NCBI GenBank assembly: GCA_944322975.1
Contig: CALUQS010000038.1
Coordinates: forward strand, 190 to 64,189
Origin: Candidatus Gastranaerophilales bacterium
GTDB taxonomy: Bacteria > Cyanobacteriota > Vampirovibrionia > Gastranaerophilales > Gastranaerophilaceae
Direction: 5' to 3'
DNA length: 64,000 nt
Of this stretch, positions 1 through 9,309 are shown in pieces (positions within the stretch are counted from its first letter, which is position 1; each line of letters begins with the position of its first letter). A program made the position numbers and the translations under genes. The notes under the pieces were generated by a model. The model searched no databases. It was not told the DNA's origin and worked only from the letters and a program-made list of their open reading frames with translations.

Positions 1-151
1 TATTTGCTTGAGCACAAGAAAGACCGTAAATTTTAAGAGTTTTAAAACGGTGTTTGTCTATTGCTCTTTGGGCAAAAGTTTTGTCAAAACCAATTGTACT
101 AAGGTCTGACTCTTTGCAATTCAAAAATTTAACCTTAAAATCATTCTCCAT
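1..151 (-). CDS. 5' end of an unidentified CDS running off the left edge (MENDFKVKFLNCKESDLSTIGFDKTF...)
   Basis: ATG at 151-149 opens a frame with no stop down to position 1. It is co-oriented with the neighbouring genes. No clear SD, and too short to assign a product. Confidence 0.3.
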   Translation of the reverse strand, partial: MENDFKVKFLNCKESDLSTIGFDKTFAQRAIDKHRFKTLKIYGLSCAQAN

Positions 152-200
152 AAATATAAATTAACACAAAAAATAATGGAGAAGAAATATTTGACCGTTA

Positions 201-1031
201 TTAAATACCGCAGCTGTCTAATGCACAATCAATGAGAGCTGCTGTTACCTGTTCAGTAGCTTTTTGATGAGCATCTTTTCTTTGTACTACATCAGGAATG
301 CCGTCTTTATTTTCGTCAGTTGCAGCTTCTTTTAATGTACCGATACCTGCTGTAGTACCTACAAAAGCTTTTGTGCCTTTTTTCAAAAGGTTAGCCCCCA
401 TAGCTTCTTCGGTTTCTATCTGGATACGTTTTTTAAGTTCATCATTTACTTCTTTAGGCGAAAGTTTTTCACCCTTTTTCTTTGCGGCTTCTCTAATTTG
501 TGCCCTCATTTTAGAAAGCTCAGCTTTATCTTTGTGAGAAATTTCAGCCAAATCTTTCTTTATACCGTTTTTGCTTAAATCTTTAATCCAAACTAATGTT
601 TTGTTGCCTGCATTAAGTAAAGTACCTTTAATACCTTCTTGTTTTTTGGCTGCTTGTGCAACAAATTCCTGAGCTTTGCCGAGATTGTTTAAAGCAAGTC
701 TTCCCATTTTGCCAAGATATGGGGTTGCCTGATTGAGGAAATTATAAAATCTTCCCGTAACAACTGATGCTGTCAAACCGCTGGCAAGGCTGAGTGCACC
801 AACAATAGTAAAGGATTTTAATGCGCTCGGAGCTTTATTGTTATCTTTGATAATTTCTGCTAATTTTTCTAATTTTTCAGCACGGAATTCATCTTCACTT
901 TTGCCAGTGCGGTTTTCTTGGGTCAAAACATTGGTGATTTTTGAAAAATCAGAATCTTTTTGCCCGAAGTTGCTTTTTGTTCTATGAGATCCATATGCGG
1001 ATGAAGTATTTAATGAGTTAATTTGTAACAT
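201..1031 (-). CDS. Lineage-specific Lys-rich protein with one hydrophobic segment and a C-terminal DxNxDGxxD loop; paralogue of 1103..1885
   Basis: 276-aa ORF with hydrophobic stretch FTIVGALSLASGLTASVV and a long K/E/A-rich helical region. It ends in GTTAGIGT...DENKDGIPD. The neighbouring ORF has the same layout. Confidence 0.6.
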   Translation of the reverse strand: MLQINSLNTSSAYGSHRTKSNFGQKDSDFSKITNVLTQENRTGKSEDEFRAEKLEKLAEIIKDNNKAPSALKSFTIVGALSLASGLTASVVTGRFYNFLNQATPYLGKMGRLALNNLGKAQEFVAQAAKKQEGIKGTLLNAGNKTLVWIKDLSKNGIKKDLAEISHKDKAELSKMRAQIREAAKKKGEKLSPKEVNDELKKRIQIETEEAMGANLLKKGTKAFVGTTAGIGTLKEAATDENKDGIPDVVQRKDAHQKATEQVTAALIDCALDSCGI

Positions 1032-1102
1032 AATTTGTGATGCCTACCGTAAACTGTTATTAATGTTTCGTAACTGTACTTTTATAATTCTTCTGTTTTT
1101 AT

Positions 1103-1885
1103 TTATGCCGCAGAGTGTTGACCGATATCAGCAATACCGTCGCCGTCTTTATCTCTGTTAGCGGCTACTGCTGCTGTTGTACCTGCTGAAATACCTGCTA
1201 CATCTGTTGATACCTTCTTGATTAAATTATCAGTATCTGCAAGATTTTTTTGTTCAACAAGCTTTTTGTAATTTTCAGCTTGTTTAGACTTACCGGCAAG
1301 TTTTTTCGTTACTTCTGCTGCAATTTCTTTATCATTTAAGGTTTTACCTTCTTTAGTTGCAGTCTTTTTAACTGCAGTTGTTACTGCTTTTCTTATGCCT
1401 TCAATTTGTTTATCCAGTCCATCTTTGACCGCTTCCGAACCCTTTTGGGCATAATCATTAAGAGCTTCCATTCCTTTTTTAGCATTTGTCATGATAAAGC
1501 CTTTTAAGCTCTTTTTGCCTACAGCCGAATTTTCAGTAATAAATTTATTTAATTTTTGTAAACCTTTGTCTGCAAATTTTATTACAGGCTGCATTATATG
1601 TTCTTTTATTTGCGGATTGTTAGAAAGTTTGGTGTAAGCTGTTTGTAAACCTTTTTTACCAGCTAAACCTGCAGCACCAGCGATAGCCGCAATTTTAGCA
1701 AATGTTTTAATCGGCCCATCATTCATTTTATCTGCAACGCCTTCAAGACTATGGAAACTGTCTTCGTCATAGCCTCTTACACCTGCTGTTTCTAACCAGT
1801 CAGCGGCTGCATTTAACACATCTTGATTGCCTTTAAATGATGGTTTTATGGGTGAACAACCTACACTTTGATGAATAGATGTCAT
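1103..1885 (-). CDS. Lineage-specific Lys-rich protein with a C-terminal DKDGDGIAD calcium-loop-like motif; paralogue of 201..1031
   Basis: 260-aa ORF with hydrophobic stretch IAAIAGAAGLAG and a K-rich helical region. It ends in GTTAAVAANRDKDGDGIADIG. Confidence 0.6.
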   Translation of the reverse strand: MTSIHQSVGCSPIKPSFKGNQDVLNAAADWLETAGVRGYDEDSFHSLEGVADKMNDGPIKTFAKIAAIAGAAGLAGKKGLQTAYTKLSNNPQIKEHIMQPVIKFADKGLQKLNKFITENSAVGKKSLKGFIMTNAKKGMEALNDYAQKGSEAVKDGLDKQIEGIRKAVTTAVKKTATKEGKTLNDKEIAAEVTKKLAGKSKQAENYKKLVEQKNLADTDNLIKKVSTDVAGISAGTTAAVAANRDKDGDGIADIGQHSAA

Positions 1886-2078
1886 TTTCTAACACTCCAA
1901 ATTATTAATCTTACTTTCACTTACATTTATAAAAAACGTGTGATTTTAAAAATTGCTATTTGTAAAAGATTTTATTAAATTTTCTTAACAAAAGCCTTAT
2001 TAACTCCTTTAGCAATTCCTTCAACCATGATTTTTTACAGTTACAAGTTAACTTAATTATTATATACTATTTCTTTGT

Positions 2079-2101
2079 AAAAAAAAAGCTGCTTTGCAGC
2101 T
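2079..2101 (-). terminator. Rho-independent terminator downstream of rel/spoT
   Basis: AGCTGC-TTT-GCAGCT hairpin. On the minus strand it is followed by a run of 9 T (an A-run on plus). Confidence 0.55.
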
Positions 2102-2244
2102 TATACTTCATAATCTTGGGAGGAGATTTGGGGATTTGTTACATGTATCATAATTCATTCTTGCAAAAATGTTTACATTTATAATTATAAATGTAATAAA
2201 AATTTACAATCTCTTTAAAAGCATGTAGTTTTTATGATATGGCT

Positions 2245-4530
2245 TTATTTTTTCTTTTTGGGCATGGCTGCAGTATCATTTTTAGTTTTTGCCGTACCCT
2301 GTATTCTTTTGACTGATATGACCTCAGGTATTGATTGAAGTTTTGTAATAACAGTTTTTAATCTGTTTATGTTATCAACCTCTATCCCCATTTCAATAAT
2401 ACCGATTTTCTTTGCCGGGTTAGACTTTATGTTGGCATAGGCTATATTTGTGTTGCACTCTGTAAGCTCAATCATTACGTCTTTTAATATTCCCATTTTA
2501 TCTTGAACATCAATACGTATTGAGGCAACATAAGTTTTATTAAGCCCTTTATCCGCCCATTTTATATCAATGATTCTTTCTTCCGGAACATTGTCTAATG
2601 ACGGACAATCAACCCTGTGAATTGAAACGCCCTTGCTTCTTGTAACAACACCTACAATGGGCTCTCCCGGAACAGGGGTGCAGCATTTTGCAAAGTAATA
2701 CAGCATTCCTTCCAAACCGACAATATCGTTTTTAGACTTTTTGGTTTTAGTGTGCGAAATTAAAGGCTGTCCGTCATCAGTCGGTTTTTTAATGCGGTTG
2801 GTAATTTTATTTACAGTTGTTTCTCCGTAACCGAGTGCGGCAAGCAAATCATCAACGCAGGAATAGTTCATAGACTCGGCAATTTGTTTAAGCTCACCTG
2901 ATTTAATAAGCTCATCAAACTTAGCTTTGCCGATTTCAGCCTCCAGCATGTTATGCCCGAGTGTAACATGTTCTTCGCGTTTGTTTTTCTTATACCACTG
3001 TTTAATCTTAGATTGTGCAAGTTTTGTAACAACAAAATTAAGCCAGTCCAATCTCGGTGCGGGCGTTTTTGATGTCATGATTTCAACAATGTCACCATTG
3101 TGCAGTTTAGTTGAAAGCGGACAGATTCTTCCGTTAACAAGAGCCCCTGTTATCCTGAATCCGACATCAGTATGTATCCTGAATGCAAAGTCTACAGGTG
3201 TCGCGTCTCTTGGCAAATCAATAACATCACCCCTTGGGGTAAAAGCAAATACCTGATCAGAGAACAGGTCTAATTTTACGCTTTCTACATATTCGCTGGC
3301 AGAGGAAACATCTTTTTCCATTTCAGCAAGCTTTCTCATCCAGGAAAACTGTATATCTGTATCAGCGTTAGCTTTTTGAGAACCTTTTTCTTTATATTTC
3401 CAGTGTGCTGCAACACCGTATTCTGCAACCTGATGCATTTCGTGTGTTCTTATCTGGACTTCAATAGGCTTTGACTTAGGGCCGAGGACTGATGTGTGTA
3501 AGGAACGGTACATATTGCTTTTGGGCATAGCAATATAGTCTTTAAATCTGCCGGGGATAGGTTTGAACAGAGAGTGAATTATCCCGAGAACCTCATAACA
3601 CTCATTTACTGTATCAACAATAACCCTTACCGCTGATATGTCATAAAGCTCATGGAATGCAACATTCTGGCGTTTCATTTTTGCATAAATTGAATAATAG
3701 TGCTTTGAACGACCGGATATTGTAGCTTTGATTTTGTGTTGTTTTAAAATCTGACTTATTTTTTCAACTAAAACCTGTATGGTTGCATCGCGTTCAGCTT
3801 TTTTTAAGGCAACCAGCTGGGCAATTTCAAAATATTTTTCAGGGTTAAGATACCTTAAAGACAAATCTTCAAGCTCTGCTTTTATTTTTCCGATACCCAG
3901 TCTGTTAGCCAGCGGGGCAAAAATATCAAGGGTCTCCTGCGCAATTTTTTGCTGCTTTGCTGCTGCCATATAGTTCAAGGTACGCATATTGTGAAGCCGG
4001 TCAGCAAGCTTTAAGAAAATAACCCTGACATCTTTTGCCATAGCAATAAACATACGGCGGAAGTTTTCGGCCTGACGTTCTTCTTTTGATTTAAACTGAT
4101 ATTTACCGAGCTTTGTAACCCCCTGAACAAGGTTTAAAACATCCTCGCCAAAATGTTCTTTAATGGTTTCAGGGCTTGTTCCTGTATCTTCAATAATGTC
4201 GTGAAGGAGTGCGGCAATGATTGTATCCTTATCCATCATTAAATCAGTAAGGATTTTTGCCACTTCAACAGGATGGACAATGTAGGGTTCTTCGCTTATT
4301 CGATATTGGCCCGCATGGAGTTTTGCCGCAAAAACGTACGCATCTTCTATCTCTTTTATATCTTTAGTGGGTCGATGCTGCTGTATCAGCATATCTTTTA
4401 GAGGTTGAAATATACTGAAATCAGGGCCCTGTTCTTCATTTTCAGGAGCAATTTCAAGCTTGTTTTCAATTTCCTGCTGTGAATCTTTTGATGATATTAA
4501 ATCTTTATTGTCTTCACTATTGTCTGTCAT
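2245..4530 (-). CDS. rel: Bifunctional (p)ppGpp synthetase/hydrolase, RelA/SpoT family
   Basis: 761 aa. HD hydrolase motif (HPVEVA...LLHDIIEDT), synthetase region (RSKHYYSIYAKM...YDISAVRVIV), TGS region (VFAFTPRGDVIDLP) and a C-terminal ACT-like region. Confidence 0.95.
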   Translation of the reverse strand: MTDNSEDNKDLISSKDSQQEIENKLEIAPENEEQGPDFSIFQPLKDMLIQQHRPTKDIKEIEDAYVFAAKLHAGQYRISEEPYIVHPVEVAKILTDLMMDKDTIIAALLHDIIEDTGTSPETIKEHFGEDVLNLVQGVTKLGKYQFKSKEERQAENFRRMFIAMAKDVRVIFLKLADRLHNMRTLNYMAAAKQQKIAQETLDIFAPLANRLGIGKIKAELEDLSLRYLNPEKYFEIAQLVALKKAERDATIQVLVEKISQILKQHKIKATISGRSKHYYSIYAKMKRQNVAFHELYDISAVRVIVDTVNECYEVLGIIHSLFKPIPGRFKDYIAMPKSNMYRSLHTSVLGPKSKPIEVQIRTHEMHQVAEYGVAAHWKYKEKGSQKANADTDIQFSWMRKLAEMEKDVSSASEYVESVKLDLFSDQVFAFTPRGDVIDLPRDATPVDFAFRIHTDVGFRITGALVNGRICPLSTKLHNGDIVEIMTSKTPAPRLDWLNFVVTKLAQSKIKQWYKKNKREEHVTLGHNMLEAEIGKAKFDELIKSGELKQIAESMNYSCVDDLLAALGYGETTVNKITNRIKKPTDDGQPLISHTKTKKSKNDIVGLEGMLYYFAKCCTPVPGEPIVGVVTRSKGVSIHRVDCPSLDNVPEERIIDIKWADKGLNKTYVASIRIDVQDKMGILKDVMIELTECNTNIAYANIKSNPAKKIGIIEMGIEVDNINRLKTVITKLQSIPEVISVKRIQGTAKTKNDTAAMPKKKK

Positions 4531-4577
4531 GGTTAATTATTGTACACTTTTAATCAGCACTATACAAGGGGTAACAG

Positions 4578-4877
4578 GTGGAAAGTTGTTATTATACATC
4601 AGATAATGGAGTAATTTTAAAGATTAAAGTTGTGCCAAACTCTTCAAAAAATGAAATATGCGCTGTGTTAGACGGCGCTTTAAAGGTTAAAATTAAAGCG
4701 CCTGCTGTAGAGAATAAAGCAAACGACGAACTTGTTAAATTCTTTGCAAAGCTTTTAAAAGTACCTAAAACTTCGGTTATGCTCAAATCAGGGGCAACCT
4801 CTAAGATAAAATCTCTTTATATATCCGGTTGTACTATTGATAAAATAAAAAATATTTGTGATATGATTATTTCATAA
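4578..4877 (+). CDS. DUF167 (YggU-like) protein
   Basis: 99 aa with a GTG start. ILKIKVVPNSSKNEI...LKVKIKAPAVENKANDELVKFFAKLLKV matches the YggU/UPF0235 pattern. Confidence 0.75.
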   Translation: MESCYYTSDNGVILKIKVVPNSSKNEICAVLDGALKVKIKAPAVENKANDELVKFFAKLLKVPKTSVMLKSGATSKIKSLYISGCTIDKIKNICDMIIS

Positions 4878-4898
4878 TAAAAATAAAAGGGAGTACAA

Positions 4899-5126
4899 AT
4901 GGTTACTACTATATGTTGGATTATCCAGATTATATCATCACTTATTTTAATACTGCTTGTTATAATTCACTCTCCTAAGGGTGATGGTATCGCAGGTATA
5001 GGCAGTGCGTCACATGTTTTTGCTTCTCAAAAAAATGCAGAATCCGGTTTGAACAAACTCACAATGTGGGTGGCAATAGTGTTTTTTGTTTCTACATTTA
5101 TTGCCGGTTTTAATATATTCGGCTAA
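4899..5126 (+). CDS. secG: Preprotein translocase subunit SecG
   Basis: 75 aa with two hydrophobic helices flanking the HSPKGDG...GIG loop typical of SecG. GGGAG SD upstream. Confidence 0.8.
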   Translation: MVTTICWIIQIISSLILILLVIIHSPKGDGIAGIGSASHVFASQKNAESGLNKLTMWVAIVFFVSTFIAGFNIFG

Positions 5127-5384
5127 GTAACACAACACAACCGGCTTGTTTTTTGTGACAGTGTATTCTTGGATATTCAGGTTATGCTGTCATTTTTAAC
5201 ATGCCGGCTGCATTTGTGATTTGCCGTATATAGGGTAGTGTGATGATGATGAAAATTTGCTGTTTGTTCGATTGATACAAAGTTTCCTGATACTCAGAAG
5301 TCCTCTGTTTTTTCTGTAAAGGTTTTATCCGGTTTCAACAAAAATGAAGATGATGATAAACATTTTTGCTGTATTGGCATTTAT

Positions 5385-5663
5385 TCATTGCTGCCGGATT
5401 TTAAGTGCATTGAAAGGAAGGTTGATAACAGATTTCAAACAGGGACTTCTGTCAGGAAAATTTGCAGGTTGTTTGTTAGTTATATCCTGCTTGTTTATGA
5501 AAAAATAATACAGAGTATTATTAATTGCCTGAACTTTATTAGTATAAAGCAACCCGGATAATTCATCAGAACTGCTGATAAATGCTGAATCTGCACAAGT
5601 GTCGGCTAAACTTTTTATAGTTGCACGCAGATGTTTTTCAGGTTTAATTCGACAATTAACCAT
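5385..5663 (-). CDS. Hypothetical 92-aa protein
   Basis: ORF preceded by a strong SD (AAGAGGAG, 9 nt before the ATG). No recognisable motifs. Confidence 0.45.
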   Translation of the reverse strand: MVNCRIKPEKHLRATIKSLADTCADSAFISSSDELSGLLYTNKVQAINNTLYYFFINKQDITNKQPANFPDRSPCLKSVINLPFNALKIRQQ

Positions 5664-5783
5664 TAAATTTTTGCTCCTCTTAATTTATCCAAGTCTTATT
5701 TATACTTACTTATGTATAAATAAAAACAAACAGATAATTAAGATTTCAATGTTAAAAGATATTGTAATATTTGTTTACAAATT

Positions 5784-6383
5784 TTAGTTTTCGCCGGTTT
5801 CTACAAACCAATCAATGAGCGGTTTTTTTTCGCCAAAGGCAAAGTTAAATTTCTGTTCAAAATCAGACCCTGTTAAAAAGCCGTATCTTATATTAAATGC
5901 AACCGGCTCTTCTTTTATTCCGGAGGCTTTGTACTTTTCCGCCGAGATTGTGCTCTTATCATCAGCAAGAACATTTGCGTAGTTTAAGCCTTGAAAACAA
6001 CAAAAAGGCACCTGGGTTCTTCCGTTTTCGCCAATATACAGTAATCCAAACGTACGGCATATTATACCTCTGTATTCATAGACACAACATTGGTTGTCAA
6101 TTAAGAAAGGGCAATCATAAAGAAACTTCTCTTCTTTTGAAAAGTTTTTCATATCTTGTTTAATCTTTTTTACATTATCTGCAATTATATTCTTGGTTGC
6201 CGTGTCTAATTTGCTTATGCCGTTCATCAAATAGATAACTTCAATTTGAGAAAACGGAAACTGGGCATTTTGACAGCATTTTGCGCACCCTTGTTTGCAG
6301 CGGATATAAGGTTTTTGTTTGTCAAAAAAAGTTGTTAACTTTTCGTTTAAAAACTCCAAATACTTTATGTAATTTTCAATCAT
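5784..6383 (-). CDS. YkgJ-family Cys-cluster protein (CxxCxxCC zinc/iron-chelating domain)
   Basis: 199 aa. CKQGCAKCCQ motif near the N-terminus plus downstream Cys pairs (DCPFL..NQCCVYE..RGIICRTFG). Confidence 0.7.
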   Translation of the reverse strand: MIENYIKYLEFLNEKLTTFFDKQKPYIRCKQGCAKCCQNAQFPFSQIEVIYLMNGISKLDTATKNIIADNVKKIKQDMKNFSKEEKFLYDCPFLIDNQCCVYEYRGIICRTFGLLYIGENGRTQVPFCCFQGLNYANVLADDKSTISAEKYKASGIKEEPVAFNIRYGFLTGSDFEQKFNFAFGEKKPLIDWFVETGEN

Positions 6384-6515
6384 GATTAAAATCCCTGAAG
6401 ACTCACAAATATTTAATATTGACTATCACATCTAAAAAGAACTGCCGTTACTCCCTGTGTAAACAGCAGTTCTTTTCTATTTTAGATACTATTTATGTAT
6501 TTCGTCAAGTTTTGA

Positions 6516-7790
6516 TTAATACACCCACTCTTTGTGGCTGGATAAGTGTTTTGAGTAGAATTCCGCCAGTTTTTCAACCGCCGGTGCTACGTATTCTATG
6601 CGGTCGTACAGCCCTATGTGAGTGGCGTTAGGAATGACAAAATATTCTTTAGGTTCTTTTGCCTTTTCATATGCCTCTTTGCTGAAATATGCGGTTTCGG
6701 CATTGCCTCCGACAATAAAAAGTACTGCGCGCGGCGCAAGGCTTTCCGGTTTATCAAAGGCTGTAAATGCCATTTGTTTGTCAAGACTGGAGAACAGATA
6801 TTTGTTTACGGCTCTCGGGTGCGCTCCGCGGGAAGTTTTGTAATATTCGTAGCCTTCTTTATACAATGTTGAAGCATTGGCGGGAATATCTCTTTTAGAA
6901 TCCGGAACATATTCGGAATATTTGTAAGATTTGCCGTTTACCTCTCTTGTTCTTTGTTCTGCAACATTTTTGAGTTTTTGTTTTTGCAGCTCTTCGGATA
7001 TTGAATCCCCGAGTCCCTGACGTCTTGCCCGTCCGAGGTCAAAAGCTGAAACAGTAGCAACAGCTTTGATTCTCATTTCTGTTTCCGCTGCATTAAATGC
7101 ATAACCTCCCCCTGAACAAATGCCGAGAACACCGATATTATCTTTGTCTACAAAAGGCAAAGTTGTCAGATAATCGACAGCAGTGCGAACATCTTCAACA
7201 CGCGATGCCGGGTCTTCCATATATCTTGGTTCACCGCCGCTTTCTCCCTGATATGCAGCATCGTATGCCAGTGTTATAAAACCTTTTGCCGCAAGTTTTC
7301 GGGCATACAACCCTGCTGTTTGTTCTTTTACCCCTCCTGACGGGTGTACAACAATAATAGCAGGATATTCCTTTGATTTGTCAAAGTCTTTCGGAGTATA
7401 TAATTCTGCAGCTATTTTTATGTTATCGCATTGTTTCAGATAAAACACCTTTTCCTTCAAAAATTCAGGCTCTTTGTTAATGTTTTTTTCAACTTTATCT
7501 GATTTTTTTATATCTTTTGCTTTTTTCGAACCTTTGTTATCCTGAATAACTACAGGCTGTTGTTCCGCAGACTGTTGTTCTGTTAATTGTTCCGCAGTTA
7601 AATTTGCTTTTTCTTCTTGTGTTGTTTTTTTTACCTCATTTATTGTCTGAGGTTTTTCAACCTTAAGTTCAATTTGTTGCTGCTGTTTTGGTTTTGACGT
7701 TGATTTTGTTTTTTGTTTTGCATCTGCTCCGAATTGAAGCAATGAGATTATCATGCAAGCACTAAGTACAGCTGTTAATGTTTTTTTCAT
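6516..7790 (-). CDS. Secreted alpha/beta hydrolase (dienelactone-hydrolase-like)
   Basis: 424 aa. Signal peptide MKKTLTAVLSACMIISLL, a Q/K/E-rich linker, then a hydrolase core with nucleophile elbow GICSGGG and a late HIGLYD histidine. Confidence 0.75.
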   Translation of the reverse strand: MKKTLTAVLSACMIISLLQFGADAKQKTKSTSKPKQQQQIELKVEKPQTINEVKKTTQEEKANLTAEQLTEQQSAEQQPVVIQDNKGSKKAKDIKKSDKVEKNINKEPEFLKEKVFYLKQCDNIKIAAELYTPKDFDKSKEYPAIIVVHPSGGVKEQTAGLYARKLAAKGFITLAYDAAYQGESGGEPRYMEDPASRVEDVRTAVDYLTTLPFVDKDNIGVLGICSGGGYAFNAAETEMRIKAVATVSAFDLGRARRQGLGDSISEELQKQKLKNVAEQRTREVNGKSYKYSEYVPDSKRDIPANASTLYKEGYEYYKTSRGAHPRAVNKYLFSSLDKQMAFTAFDKPESLAPRAVLFIVGGNAETAYFSKEAYEKAKEPKEYFVIPNATHIGLYDRIEYVAPAVEKLAEFYSKHLSSHKEWVY

Positions 7791-7842
7791 AAAAATAAAC
7801 CTCTTTCATACTTATTTACCGGTTATATTTACAACCATTCAT

Positions 7843-9195
7843 TTATATGCGTATTAATTTATATTTTCTAACCCCTACACCGAGCTGTGCAGCTGCTTCA
7901 ACAGTATGGATACCGTGTTTTGACTCTATTCTTTTAATTAAAGAGGCTTTGCCCGGGTCAGCAGAGTTGTATACTAAATCTATGCAAGCCTGATCAAGTG
8001 CAACAGGGTCATCGGATGCCAGTATTCCGATATCTGCTATTTCAGGCGGTGTCGGATTGTTATTGCAATCACAGTCAACAGACATTTTGCTCATTACATT
8101 TATAAAGGTAATATTGCCTTTCATATAGTCCATAACTGATTTATCAGCGTCTGCCATTGCCTCTAAAAATTTATCCTGCTCACAGGTCCAAATTTTTTCC
8201 GGCTCGCCTGCTCCATGGATATATGCCTTGCCGTGAGAAGAGGCTATACCGATAGACATGTTTTTAAGAGCTCCTCCAAATCCACCCATTTGATGACCTT
8301 TAAAGTGTGAAAGCACAAGCATTGAGTCGTAATTTTTGAGGTGTGAGCCGACATAATTAACTTTTATTTGTTTGCCGTTTGCAACAGGGAGTCCCATTTC
8401 GCCGTCTTCATCCATAATATCGACTTTTGCAATTTTATCAAAACCGTGTTCTTTTATAACCTCTTTGTGTTCTTTGGTTGTATCTCTTCTTCCTGCATAA
8501 GCAGTGTTGCATTCAACAATAGTACCGTTTACATATTCAACGAGAGGTTTCATAAAGTCAGGCTGCAAAAAGTTATGTCCGCCCGGTTCACCCGAGTGAA
8601 CTTTAACAGCAACATTGCCTGCAAGATTTTTGCCGAGAGTTTTGTAAATATCAACAAGCGAATTAGGTGTTATGTCCGGCGTATAATATACTATAGCAGT
8701 GTCAGGATGTATCTTTTTATAAATTAAACCATATGCCTGAGCAGGATCGGCTGCGTTTTTAGTAAGTTTTTCAAACGGACATAAGTCTGTTTTATCTTTG
8801 TTTTGTATTTCATTAACAATGTGTTTGGCTTCATATTTTATATCATTATGTTTTAAAATTTCTATAGCAGGTTTTGAAATTGTGTCTGCATATACATATT
8901 TTGCTTTTCCGTATGCATAAAGATATGCAGCTGCTCTGCCGACTGTTTTGTCAAATGCATAAGCGTTCTCAAAATTATTGTTTTCCAAATATATCAATAG
9001 CGGTATAAGACCGTGCTGGGAGTATGTTTTTATTTGATTGTTGTCGCTGTATACAACAAGGGATTCTGTTTTAAGCTTATCAATAAGCATAGTTTTTGTT
9101 TTAGATGAAAGTTTATTTTCTTTGCACAAAGAAGGTGCAGCTAAAAGAAAAATACCAATTAAAGACAGTAAAGTTAATTTTAAGAATTTATACAT
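7843..9195 (-). CDS. DUF1893 + DUF362 (COG2768-like Fe-S centre) fusion protein
   Basis: 450 aa. N-terminal part has FDKTVGRAAAYLYAYGKAKYVYADTIS (DUF1893-like). C-terminal part has VKVHSGEPGGHNF...HFKGHQMGGFGGALKNMSIG...CDCN (DUF362/COG2768-like). The true start may be Met36 (9090). Confidence 0.65.
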   Translation of the reverse strand: MYKFLKLTLLSLIGIFLLAAPSLCKENKLSSKTKTMLIDKLKTESLVVYSDNNQIKTYSQHGLIPLLIYLENNNFENAYAFDKTVGRAAAYLYAYGKAKYVYADTISKPAIEILKHNDIKYEAKHIVNEIQNKDKTDLCPFEKLTKNAADPAQAYGLIYKKIHPDTAIVYYTPDITPNSLVDIYKTLGKNLAGNVAVKVHSGEPGGHNFLQPDFMKPLVEYVNGTIVECNTAYAGRRDTTKEHKEVIKEHGFDKIAKVDIMDEDGEMGLPVANGKQIKVNYVGSHLKNYDSMLVLSHFKGHQMGGFGGALKNMSIGIASSHGKAYIHGAGEPEKIWTCEQDKFLEAMADADKSVMDYMKGNITFINVMSKMSVDCDCNNNPTPPEIADIGILASDDPVALDQACIDLVYNSADPGKASLIKRIESKHGIHTVEAAAQLGVGVRKYKLIRI

Positions 9196-9261
9196 AAACC
9201 CCTCCTCTTTTTTATACAGTATATAATAAAATTTAATCAGTCTGCAAATGCATGTTTACAC

Positions 9262-9294
9262 AAAAAAGGCGGTTGTATTATACAACCGCCTTTT
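9262..9294 (-). terminator. Rho-independent terminator downstream of 9310..10062
   Basis: Perfect 12-bp stem AAGGCGGTTGTA/TACAACCGCCTT followed by a T-run on the minus strand. Confidence 0.7.
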
Positions 9295-9309
9295 AATTTT
9301 GTTTGAATT

